Position numbers and translations under genes: made by a program
The notes under the pieces: generated by a model
Seen by the model: the letters and a program-made list of their open reading frames with translations, nothing else
What the model was told of the DNA's origin: nothing
Database searches by the model: none
Shown: positions 32,644-41,900 of the stretch, one piece after another
Layout of the letters: each line of letters begins with the position of its first letter
How positions within the stretch are numbered: position 1 is the stretch's first letter
Virus record (IMG/VR): IMGVR_UViG_3300035494_000106
Span: 1-58,704 of that record
Direction: 5' to 3' (one strand)
DNA length: 58,704 nucleotides
From: a virus

Positions 32644-34559
32644 CTACCCCACCGCCTAGCCGTAGCCGGCGCTATCCACTCGACGCCCTCGAGCGTGGCG
32701 CGGGTGGCATTCACCAGCTCCAACCGTACAGTCCACTGACGGGACCGGATGCCCTTGCCCGTGGCAGTGCGGTAGGTATAATCGTTGCGGCGGGCGCGGT
32801 ACATGCGCTCTACACCATCGTCGCCGCGCACTGCCACATACACGTCGCCGTCGGTTGCCAGGCCAACGTAGACGTACTGGAGCGCCTTGACCGCCAACGA
32901 CTCCGAACCGATTGTGGCGAACTCCACGATAGCGTCGATGGGGTCTTGATTCGGCTCGATCGCATACAGGCCGTCCGGCGCTACGCCGTAGGTGTGCTGT
33001 CCGACGGAGGTGAAGCCGGAGAAATTGAACCCCTCGAACCGAGTGACGGCCCCAGTCAGTACGTTGGTGGCGTACTGGACCGCCGCGTAGTGGGCGTTCT
33101 TGTCTGGCCAGCCACCGCGCGAGGCTTGGTCGGAGATACGCAGGCCGGAGCGTAGCGCCACTTCCAGCGTGGCGGCGAAGCTCATGTTGTCCTGCAACAG
33201 CAGGCTGTCGTAGACCGCCACGTCCAGCAGCAGGGCGAACGTGATCGTCGACCCTACTCCCAGCTCACTGTTGATCACCGCGTACAGGAGCCCGTCGGCC
33301 CGCATAGACGCAGCCGCGACGACGCCCTCGTACATGCGGACGTTACCCTCTGGCATATCCGGGTCGGTGCCGAAGACTTGCAGGGCAGGCAGATTCAGGC
33401 TGGCTTGACCGTACGGGTAATCGGCGCCGATGGAAGTGAAGCCGGGCAGCATCAGGTCGCCGCTGGCTATCGCTCCTACCTTGAGGTCGCCAGATACCAG
33501 CAGGCCGGGGATCGCCACCGCGCCGCCCACGACCGTCGGCACGTTGTATCCGCCATCAGCCTCGACCGCCAGAGCTGGCAGCCGGGCGCGCGCAGAGCCC
33601 ACCGGCCAGGCGCCGGCGAGACCTCCATAAAGCTGCAGGCCAGGGAGGGTCACTTGCCCAGTGGCACCTGGCTTGAGCACGCGCCCCTCGAAGCCAGCTG
33701 TGCCCTTGGCGCGAGCGGAGTAGTCGAGTATGCCAGAGGCCCGGCCCATGAACGCCGCGCTGCCGCGAGCCTCCATCTTGGCCATGCGGAAGCCGACGCG
33801 ACCACGGGCTCGAGCCCGGTCTGGCACCGAGTGCTTAAAGCCTACCGACCCCCGAGCCTTGCCCACCACCTCAGTGAGGAAGCGCGGGTTGTCGATGTAG
33901 TCGCCGGCGAGGAACAGCAGCGTCCTGATCTGGGCAGGCTGGCCAGCTGGCACGCCCAGCAGCTCGGCGCGCCAATCTCCCACCGTCACCACAGTGGTGT
34001 CGCCGCGGCGGGCCACGGTCACCAGCGGGCTGTCCGACGGCACGTACGGCGCCGTACCAACCACCTGGCCTGCAGCGAGCACTTCGATCACGCCGTCGCG
34101 CAGGTACACGCCAGCCGTCACCGTGGAAGGCAGGGTGCCCTTGCTCGGGTACGGAGCCACGCCGACGATGACGCCGACCGGGAACCGGTCGTAGTCGAAG
34201 ACGAAGGTAAAGTCGCCGGTGCTGTTGAAGATCGAGTCGGCCGCGGCGTTCCAGCCCTTGCGCATGTCGACGTAGTTGTAGCCGGCCACGTACGGCGCGG
34301 GCGGGATCGCCGGCACGCAGTAGATCGACCAGTTCCAGTAGTAGCGCGGGTTGGTCTTGAAGCTGCTGGTCGCCACGTTGTAGTTGTAGACCGCGTACGC
34401 CTCGGCCGGCGACATTGGCTCGTAGCGCACCGAGTCGGCGCCCTGACCAACAAGGGCGGGCGAGAACCCCGTGACGAAGCACCGAGCCGGAAGCCCAGGC
34501 GAAGCGGCTTGCCCCGGGTGATACTTGGTGACAGCCGGCTTCGTGAGCTTATTGGCCAT
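32640..34559 (-). CDS. Virion structural protein (639 aa)
   Basis: Late-operon position. Confidence 0.8.
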   Translation of the reverse strand: MANKLTKPAVTKYHPGQAASPGLPARCFVTGFSPALVGQGADSVRYEPMSPAEAYAVYNYNVATSSFKTNPRYYWNWSIYCVPAIPPAPYVAGYNYVDMRKGWNAAADSIFNSTGDFTFVFDYDRFPVGVIVGVAPYPSKGTLPSTVTAGVYLRDGVIEVLAAGQVVGTAPYVPSDSPLVTVARRGDTTVVTVGDWRAELLGVPAGQPAQIRTLLFLAGDYIDNPRFLTEVVGKARGSVGFKHSVPDRARARGRVGFRMAKMEARGSAAFMGRASGILDYSARAKGTAGFEGRVLKPGATGQVTLPGLQLYGGLAGAWPVGSARARLPALAVEADGGYNVPTVVGGAVAIPGLLVSGDLKVGAIASGDLMLPGFTSIGADYPYGQASLNLPALQVFGTDPDMPEGNVRMYEGVVAAASMRADGLLYAVINSELGVGSTITFALLLDVAVYDSLLLQDNMSFAATLEVALRSGLRISDQASRGGWPDKNAHYAAVQYATNVLTGAVTRFEGFNFSGFTSVGQHTYGVAPDGLYAIEPNQDPIDAIVEFATIGSESLAVKALQYVYVGLATDGDVYVAVRGDDGVERMYRARRNDYTYRTATGKGIRSRQWTVRLELVNATRATLEGVEWIAPATARRWGR

Positions 34560-34566
34560 AGGTACC

Positions 34567-35013
34567 TCAGCTGGAAGGCATGGCTACCGCGAAATAGTCG
34601 ACCTTCTGGACGGCGCCGGCCGTCATCGCAGTGCTGGAGAAGTTTAGTTCCGCGCCCGCTACGGCCACGTCGCCCTGAATGCGCAGGCGGGAGGCGCTGG
34701 CCCCCCCACTGTCGCCGGCGGTAACCCAGCGGAAGAACGTGGCCACGCCGGTTTTTGCGGCCGTGCCGCGCCACACCTCTGCCGTGTCCTTGGTGATGAC
34801 TGCCCCCTGCGGCGTAGTGGCCAGGTTGAGCCCGCCGCCGGCGCCGTCCAGGCTGATCTCCACCAGCAGCTCGGCACCGGCGGGGATAGCATCGTCTGCC
34901 GTAGCCGGCGCGGTGCCGGAGTACACACGCAGGAACGAGCTGGCCATAGCCTGCCGGAGAGACCCGGTGCCCAGCAGGTAACCGGCCAGGCCGGTGCTGA
35001 TCTTAGTTGTCAT
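34567..35013 (-). CDS. Small virion protein C (148 aa)
   Basis: ATG 35013 (MTTKISTG). Weak resemblance to the two upstream small proteins. Confidence 0.65.
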   Translation of the reverse strand: MTTKISTGLAGYLLGTGSLRQAMASSFLRVYSGTAPATADDAIPAGAELLVEISLDGAGGGLNLATTPQGAVITKDTAEVWRGTAAKTGVATFFRWVTAGDSGGASASRLRIQGDVAVAGAELNFSSTAMTAGAVQKVDYFAVAMPSS

Positions 35014-35425
35014 GGCTGATGCCCTCGATGATGATCTCGCCGATCGGGAAGCGCAGCTGGCCACCCACGTTCACCGTGCGCGCGGGGTCCAGTGGCAGCA
35101 CAGCCAGGGCGTCACCGCCGGTGGCTGCAGTGTGGATCACCAAGTAGTTGACCGTGTACGGAGCGGCTGCCCCAGACGCGTCGAACAAAACCTCGGCGGC
35201 GTTGGTGGCGTTCCAGAACCCGTTAGGGTCCAGCGCATCGGTAAAACTGATGGCCTTGCGCGCGTAGTTCGGGTCTTGCGAGGTCTGGACTTCGAAGTCC
35301 TGGCCCGCTGCGCCGGGCTCGCCGGTATGCAGCGCCGCGAACCACGCCGTGGGGCGGGTCGGTACAGCGCTGGTGGTGAATAGGTGCTTGATAATGTGTT
35401 CGCTGGAGAGCGTAGTAGTCGACAT
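35003..35425 (-). CDS. Small virion protein B (140 aa)
   Basis: MSTTTLSSEH...; late operon. Confidence 0.7.
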   Translation of the reverse strand: MSTTTLSSEHIIKHLFTTSAVPTRPTAWFAALHTGEPGAAGQDFEVQTSQDPNYARKAISFTDALDPNGFWNATNAAEVLFDASGAAAPYTVNYLVIHTAATGGDALAVLPLDPARTVNVGGQLRFPIGEIIIEGISHDN

Positions 35426-35435
35426 GATCTTGGCC

Positions 35436-35939
35436 TCAGGCGTCTACAGAAACGAGGACGGTACCCGCCAGCACGCGCAAGGTGCTGCCTGCCACCACGT
35501 CCACTGGGGATGGGAACCGAACGATCGACAGCAGCACGCCGGTGCCTGTGCCCTTGGCTTCGCTCGACACGACGAACCCACCGTAGAGGCGCTGGTCGGA
35601 AGTGAAGGTGAACTCGGCACGGGACAGGTTGTTGCTGATATCGTTCACGCCGTCGTACGCATGCACCCAGGCTGGGCGAGTGGTCTCGGAGTAGGCCACG
35701 CTCTCGCCAGCGGTTGTCGGCAGGTCGGCAGACGTGGTAGCCATGGTGGGCACGTAGTTGCCCGCGAACAGACCGATGTACCAGTTGCTGATCGGGGTGG
35801 CCAGGCCGCGCAGCAAGCCAGCGATGTGGTCGATGCCCACCTGCGGAATGAGGTTGTTCACCACGAACCGGTCGACAACGACGCCGTCGATCAGGTGCTC
35901 CACCTCGTACTGCAGCCCTCCCTTGATAATGCTTCGCAT
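35436..35939 (-). CDS. Small virion protein A (167 aa)
   Basis: ATG 35939 (MRSIIKGG), 2 nt after the upstream stop. Confidence 0.7.
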   Translation of the reverse strand: MRSIIKGGLQYEVEHLIDGVVVDRFVVNNLIPQVGIDHIAGLLRGLATPISNWYIGLFAGNYVPTMATTSADLPTTAGESVAYSETTRPAWVHAYDGVNDISNNLSRAEFTFTSDQRLYGGFVVSSEAKGTGTGVLLSIVRFPSPVDVVAGSTLRVLAGTVLVSVDA

Positions 35940-35941
35940 AG

Positions 35942-37180
35942 TCAGACGACCTCCACTTCGAAATAGTCTCGCGCGGCGAGCGGGTTTCGGCCTGTCTGCC
36001 CACGCATAGTTGTGACGACAGCTCTTACACCATCGCATTCTACAACGCCACTACTACCTGCGTCACCAATGTCGGGGGCGTAGCGGCTCTCGCTCGGGAG
36101 CGTCACGCTGCCGTCTGGCCCGCCTACTGCCAGGCCGTACGGAGTCATCCACCCGACTCGCAGTTGATCAGCAGTTTCGCCCCGCCCGGGCAGGCGTACG
36201 CCCGTACCGGAGACCGCGGGGTAGTCAAGGACAACGCGCTGCGCCGGGTCGCCGTCAACGCCGGCAACGAAGTAGGTCTTGTCGGCGCTGATGAACAGGC
36301 CGCTACCGCACGCCATAAGCATTCCGACTGGCGACGGGTACTGGAAGAACCGCTCAGCGTAGCGGCGCGAGTGCGGACGCAGCGGGTTCGTCAGCCACAC
36401 GGAGTTGCGAGTGGCCACCGCCAGCGTGCCGTGCACGGCTGCGATCCAGTAACCTGGCTCCGGCGCGGTCTCGCCCTCAGTCACCAGGCGCTGGGTGTAG
36501 TCGCGCGGGGCGCTCAGGAGTAGAGGCGTGGAAGCGTTCTCCGCCTGCAGGTAGAGCGTGCTGCCGTCAGCCACGCTGGCGTAGATTCGCAGCGTGTATC
36601 CAACAGGCGGCGCGGGCGGGGTGACCGACAGGGTACGGTCTGCTCCAACCACGATGACCTTCGATCGGTAGACCCCGCCTTCTTCCCCGAACTCGTTCAC
36701 CAGCGTAGCAGCCACCCGGTACACGCCTGGGCGCGACGGTACTCCGCCGGCTACCGCAGCCACCTGAGGCTCCGGCGCAGTTGGTACGCCCCACGGCCGC
36801 ACCACGCCTGCCTTGTATCTCAGGCATTCCGTCTCTGTAGAGAAGAACAACTCGTCGTTCAGTACCGCCCCGGCGAAGGCCCCAACCATGTCGATGGTGC
36901 GGATCACCCGCGAGCTGTTGGTGAGGCGGTTGTACTCGACCAGCTTATCGCCGTCGGCAATAAGAACCATGTCGCCAATAGCCAGCGCTCCGCGTACGTT
37001 CTGCCCGTCGTAGACCTTGCGTGCACCAGGGCGCAGGGCGAACGCGCCGTCCTGCGTGGCCACCACGTTGACGGCGTCGGCCACGTAGCCTTCCTGTACC
37101 CGCCCCCGGTGGGAGCGGTTGTCGATCCCGCCGGGCCAACGGTCCTCGCGGTACGATCCATCCTGCTGTAGGGTAGGCAT
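35942..37180 (-). CDS. Virion/tail protein (412 aa)
   Basis: ATG 37180 (MPTLQQDG) overlaps the endolysin stop (TGATG). Confidence 0.75.
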   Translation of the reverse strand: MPTLQQDGSYREDRWPGGIDNRSHRGRVQEGYVADAVNVVATQDGAFALRPGARKVYDGQNVRGALAIGDMVLIADGDKLVEYNRLTNSSRVIRTIDMVGAFAGAVLNDELFFSTETECLRYKAGVVRPWGVPTAPEPQVAAVAGGVPSRPGVYRVAATLVNEFGEEGGVYRSKVIVVGADRTLSVTPPAPPVGYTLRIYASVADGSTLYLQAENASTPLLLSAPRDYTQRLVTEGETAPEPGYWIAAVHGTLAVATRNSVWLTNPLRPHSRRYAERFFQYPSPVGMLMACGSGLFISADKTYFVAGVDGDPAQRVVLDYPAVSGTGVRLPGRGETADQLRVGWMTPYGLAVGGPDGSVTLPSESRYAPDIGDAGSSGVVECDGVRAVVTTMRGQTGRNPLAARDYFEVEVV

Positions 37181-37725
37181 CAGATCACCACCCGGTGGAG
37201 GAACCACCCGAAGACGAAGTCTTCGTTCTTCTCGCGCTTCTCGCAGAGGTAGATGTAGCGCTCGCCCTGCATGGCGTTGAGCGCCGTGAGCATGACGATC
37301 TCGCCGTCGCGGCCTCGATGCTTCAGGAACGCCTCGAGCGCGGCGCGGGTGTTCTTACCAACCACGCCGTCCGGCTTCAGGTCCGGGTACAGTTCGCCCT
37401 GTCCATTGAACACATTGAGCGCCCGCTGCAGAAAGCCGCCGGCGATTTCCACGCCCATGTTGACGCCGGTGTCGAACAGCTCCTCGGCGATGGCCTCAGA
37501 CAGCAGCATCACCCGGTCAAAACCAGGCTTGATCAGGTACTCGCTGCGGAAAATCTGCACCGCCTCACTGCGTGGCAGGTTGCGCATGTCGCCGGTGTAC
37601 CCGTTGGCTCTGGCCACCTTCTGGGTAATGCCCCACTTGGTGGGGCCGCCAAGGTCGCTTGGGTGGTCCGAGTACCGCCCCTCTTTGCCGATGGTGTTGT
37701 TGATGATCTGGTCGATTTTGCTCAC
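37180..37725 (-). CDS. Endolysin, GH108-type lysozyme with a C-terminal peptidoglycan-binding domain
   Basis: KEGRYSDHPSDLGGPTKWGIT is the GH108 N-terminal signature; the C-terminal DGVVGKNTRAAL is PG-binding-like. GTG 37725 follows GGGAGGG. Confidence 0.85.
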   Translation of the reverse strand: MSKIDQIINNTIGKEGRYSDHPSDLGGPTKWGITQKVARANGYTGDMRNLPRSEAVQIFRSEYLIKPGFDRVMLLSEAIAEELFDTGVNMGVEIAGGFLQRALNVFNGQGELYPDLKPDGVVGKNTRAALEAFLKHRGRDGEIVMLTALNAMQGERYIYLCEKREKNEDFVFGWFLHRVVI

Positions 37726-38027
37726 TGTACCCTCCCGCGCACCCAGCGCTGCAGCTCTATGTACCGATCCCGAACCTGGCGGGCGCACTTGTTGTTGGCT
37801 ATGGTAGCCGCTTCGCGCTCCAGCTGCGTCATCGCCACGGTGATCGGCGTGTACGCGCAGGCTTCCTCGACCAGCCTATCGTCCGGCTGCTCTGGCTTCG
37901 GGCACTGGGCAGGGTAGACCAAGCGATCGGTTGTAGATGCACACCCAGTCAAGGTCGCGCTCAGGATCAGTAGGGCACACAGCGTCGCGGTACTTCGTGA
38001 CATAGCGGATGACCTCGCGGTCGACAT
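37722..38027 (-). CDS. o-spanin (Rz1-like lipoprotein), partly embedded in the i-spanin gene
   Basis: Lipobox LTGC after a hydrophobic signal (LCALLILSATLTGC). Starts in a different frame inside Rz; an internal ATG at 38003 is also possible. Confidence 0.7.
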   Translation of the reverse strand: MSTARSSAMSRSTATLCALLILSATLTGCASTTDRLVYPAQCPKPEQPDDRLVEEACAYTPITVAMTQLEREAATIANNKCARQVRDRYIELQRWVRGRVQ

Positions 38028-38274
38028 ACTGCACCTCCACGGCGGCAGCTTTCTCTGCTGCGTCGATACGTTCGCTCGACGCCTTCCTGTTCTCGACGCC
38101 AGCCGCCTCGACCTTCATCGCCAGCTGCTTCTGGTCTTCCTGCTGCTGCGCCAAGTCCTGCTTGAACGAATACATCTCGTTCTCGGCTATGGTACCGCGC
38201 AGCCACCACGCAGCGGCTGCAGCCACCAGCGCGGCCGCTGCGTACGGCAGGAGCCGCAGCACTAGGGGGTGCAT
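37876..38274 (-). CDS. i-spanin (Rz-like)
   Basis: N-terminal TM helix LLPYAAAALVAAAAAWWL followed by a coiled-coil region. Confidence 0.75.
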   Translation of the reverse strand: MHPLVLRLLPYAAAALVAAAAAWWLRGTIAENEMYSFKQDLAQQQEDQKQLAMKVEAAGVENRKASSERIDAAEKAAAVEVQYVDREVIRYVTKYRDAVCPTDPERDLDWVCIYNRSLGLPCPVPEARAAGR

Positions 38275-38567
38275 GCGTGCGCCAGCCTGTGTCGAGTCAC
38301 CATCTGTACCTGGCCGAGGAACACGATGGCCACGGCCAGGTTGTAGGCGATGAACATGGGGCCGCTGAGCAGCTGACTATGCGCCAGTGGCGGGTGCTCC
38401 AGCCACGCCAGTGAGGTGGCCAGGAGGAACAGGACGCTCAACATGCAGATGGACGCCACGGCCGTCTTGTCGCTTTCTCGAACCTGGCCTGCTTTGCGGA
38501 AGAACATCACCGACTTGGCGATGATGAACAAATGGATCAGTGCGGTTAGTACCGAGACGATGATCAT
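38262..38567 (-). CDS. Membrane protein, 3 TM helices (second holin/antiholin candidate)
   Basis: Three hydrophobic helices; lower GC than the surroundings. Confidence 0.65.
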   Translation of the reverse strand: MIIVSVLTALIHLFIIAKSVMFFRKAGQVRESDKTAVASICMLSVLFLLATSLAWLEHPPLAHSQLLSGPMFIAYNLAVAIVFLGQVQMVTRHRLAHACTP

Positions 38568-38568
38568 G

Positions 38569-38934
38569 TTATTTGCTCCCGAAGGGCAACAGTCGGTCTA
38601 TGAACGCGATGAACCTGGCCTCAAGAGCGTGCACTACGGGGAAAGCGAAGAAGCCGAGTAGCATCACAATACTATCCCTGAACTGGTTTTCCTCTGGGAT
38701 CAGCCCGCCAAGGGCTTTGCCAAGGAACGCGGCGAGGATCACGTTCGCCACCAGCACGCCCCATAAGAACTTGCGGTTCTTCGTTGCGTTCAAATAGTAG
38801 AAGTTGGCAATGCCCCCGAATGCGCCGAGGAGGCCGAGGTGCCCCCAGAGCAACACCCCCTCGAAAAAACGTAGCAGTCGATCGACTATATCCACAGCGC
38901 GCTCCTTAGGCTTGTGCTCGCACAATGCTACCAC
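38569..38934 (-). CDS. Holin candidate, 3 TM helices
   Basis: GVLLWGHLGLLGAFGGIANFY, FLWGVLVANVILAAFLG and SIVMLLGFFAFPVV. GTG start overlaps the stop of the giant gene. Confidence 0.7.
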   Translation of the reverse strand: MVALCEHKPKERAVDIVDRLLRFFEGVLLWGHLGLLGAFGGIANFYYLNATKNRKFLWGVLVANVILAAFLGKALGGLIPEENQFRDSIVMLLGFFAFPVVHALEARFIAFIDRLLPFGSK

Positions 38935-41900
38935 GTACCAACCTGTTCCATAATAGACCGGGCTGGTGGCCGTGCCGACGCGGCGCCGTACGAGCTGGCG
39001 TTGAGCTGTGACTTGACCCGCGTAACGATGGCCCGGCGCAGGTCGGAGCCTTTGACGGCCATGTCGGGGAAGTCAGAGTTCCACCGGTGGATGCTGTCCA
39101 TCGCCTCGTTGATCATGTCCTGATCGCTGGTGGCGTGGCCCAGGGCGAGGCGCCCCAGGTACCGCTGCTTTAAGGTCTGAGCCCGGATGCTGGCTTCGTA
39201 GGTGGCGCCGCGGATTTCCTCAGCCTCACGGCGCCCGCCGCTGCGCAGGCCCATCACACCAGTGACGGTGTCCCAGATGCCCGGCTCGTAGTAGACGATC
39301 TGGCGGGAGTCCTTGGCGCCCTGCTGCCCCTCGAAGAACGCCTTGTATACGTCGCGCACGCCGGCCGGAGCCAGGTTCTTGACGGCTGCCACGTGGTCGC
39401 CCTGGATCGCCTTCTCGATGCCGGTGAACAGGTTGGCGCCCAAGCCTGCCCATGGGCCGAGGTGCTGCAGGACGTAGTACTGGAACGTCTCCTTGGCGCT
39501 GGCACCCGCCGGGGCGTAGTTGCCGCCGAACGACACCAGGCCATCGGCGCCCACGCGGCTCAGGTCCAACGCTCCTGCGAGCAGGCCGTGGGCCAGCCAC
39601 TGCGGTGCTGCGCGAACGAACTCGGTGCGGCTATCCAGCAGGTCGTCATCGTCGCGGAACGCGTCGGCGATAAAGAACGCGATCGGCGCCAGGACTGTGC
39701 CGGCGGCGCCGGTGAGTGCAAGCTGGGTGCCCAGCTGCCAGGCCAACGCGCGGCGGGCCACCTGCTTCTCCTCCGGCGTGCCGGAGAACGAGTCGCGGAT
39801 ATCCTTGGCCATCATGGCCAGCATGTTCACGCGGTACTGCTGAAACTGGAACACCACCTTGCGCCACGGCCCCTGCATCACGGTCGGCTTGTTCGACTGG
39901 CTGTAGTCGTACTGAGTGGTCAGGGTCGCTGCGTCCGCCACGTCAGCGATCTCTGCCAGCTGTTCCGGCGTAGCCTGCCCCTTGATCCCGCGCTTCTGCA
40001 TCTCCAACCGGGTTGCGGCCAAAGCCACCACCTGGCGGTTGAACACCTCGGAACGGTGCATGAACATCCCGCCGATCTCTAGCGCCTTGCGCCAGCCACC
40101 GGACATGGACATGCCGACGTCGCCGGCGGCGAGGCTGGCCATGTCGTGCCACAGGGTGAAGTCCAGAGTGCCGCGCACGAACAGTTCCTGCAGTACCTGC
40201 CGCTCGACGCTATCTGCAGCCAGGATGGACTTGGCTCCCAGCATGTCGCCGCGGCTCTTGGCGAAGTCGGCCAGCGCCTGCTTGACGCCGCGCAGTGCTG
40301 CGCCGCTGCCGTAGCTGCCAGCCAGTCGCGGTAGGGTGACCATCGGGGTCTGCATGGAGTTGATCAGCAACTGGCTCGGCGAGGACAGGAACCACAGGAA
40401 GCCAGCCTGGCTAAGCGCGTCTGCCACAGGTGAGCGCTCCTGACGAAGGGACGCTTGGTGCTGCCGCTTGGCCGCCTCCAGTACGCGCTGGCGCTTGATA
40501 CCGTCTGCGTCGTTGGCGTTGTCGCTAGCCACTTCCTGCAGTTGCACCAACTTCTCGCTGATCTGCCCGTCGTAGCGCAGGCTGGCCACGCTGCGGGCCG
40601 CCTTGATCGAGTAGTCGCTGAACGCGCGGAACGCGTCAGTGGTTGCGCCCTTGGTGTTCTTCCGGCGGTTGGCGTGCTGCAGGAACGAGCCCTGGGGCAG
40701 TGACTGCAGGTACGCTTCCACCAGCCCCTCGCGGATAGCGCGGTGCAGCTGCGGGTCGGCCGCCTGCGACACGATGCCGTCGGTAGCTCGCTCGATCGCC
40801 CGGATGGTCTGCTGACTGATGCCGTCCAGCTCCCAGTTCTGCTCGCGGCGCAGCGTTGGCTGCGACACGCTGTAGCTCGAGGAGTCGGCGTAGTCGCCAG
40901 TCAGCAGTTCCTTGCGGGTGGCGTTCGCCTCCTCGATGGTGTCGTGGCCAGAGAACCACTCGATCCGGCCGTTCTTATCGCGGACGGTTACCAAGTAGTC
41001 GCCGTAACGCTGCAGCGGGGAATAAGGACCGGTCCGCATCTTCTTCATGGCCGACTCGATCCGGTCGCCATACAGCTCCTTGAACTTGTCGCTGGCGAAG
41101 AACTCGGCGTCGGTCTGGCCGCCGGTCTTGTAGACCCGGGCGATCTCGTTGCGCAGTGCGTTGAAGCGGGCATTCCACATGTAGGAGTAGAGTGCCTGGG
41201 TCTCCTTGTACAGCTGCTGACCTTCCTGCCCTACGGACTTCCACAGCTTGACCAGGTCTCGGTGCGCCTGCTCCCGCTCGGCCTGCGTGAAGTTCATCTC
41301 GGCGTAGTTGAGCTGCGACTGCTTGTCCATGGAGCGGTCAGGCCATAGCCGGTAGAGCGTGCCCACCTGCTGCATCTGGTTCCAGGCTTCCATGCGCGCC
41401 GGGTTCCGCTGCGCGAACGCCTTGATCTTGTTGGCCGTGGCCATCGGCGAGACTTCGCCGAGCTGCTCGCCGTGGTAGTTCAGCTCACGCCCAGAGGTGA
41501 TGATCTTGTTGAAGGTGGCTTCCTTGCCACGCTTCAGGCGGGCGAACTCACCCAGCTTGCCGCTGAAGTACTTGTCGTAGAGGTTGGCCAGCTGGTTGAG
41601 CGGGACGGCGTCCAGAACCCCAGCCCGTACCTTGTCAGCCGCAGTGGCGGTGCCCAGCGACTTGACCTTCTGCAGTGCGTCGAGGCCAATGCCCTTGGCG
41701 ACGTCGGCGATGTTGCGGCGGGTGCCGTCGCCCTCGGCGGAAGCAGCAGCGATCACCTCGTCTATGTCAGCCACAGCGCGGGAGAACCGAGCGTCGCCGG
41801 CGAGCCAGGATGCTGGGTCGTTCATGGCGAACTCTAGCCCCTGCAGGTGCCCAGCGTTGCGGTTGAGCGCGGCGGGACTGGTACCCTTCGCCACTGCGGC

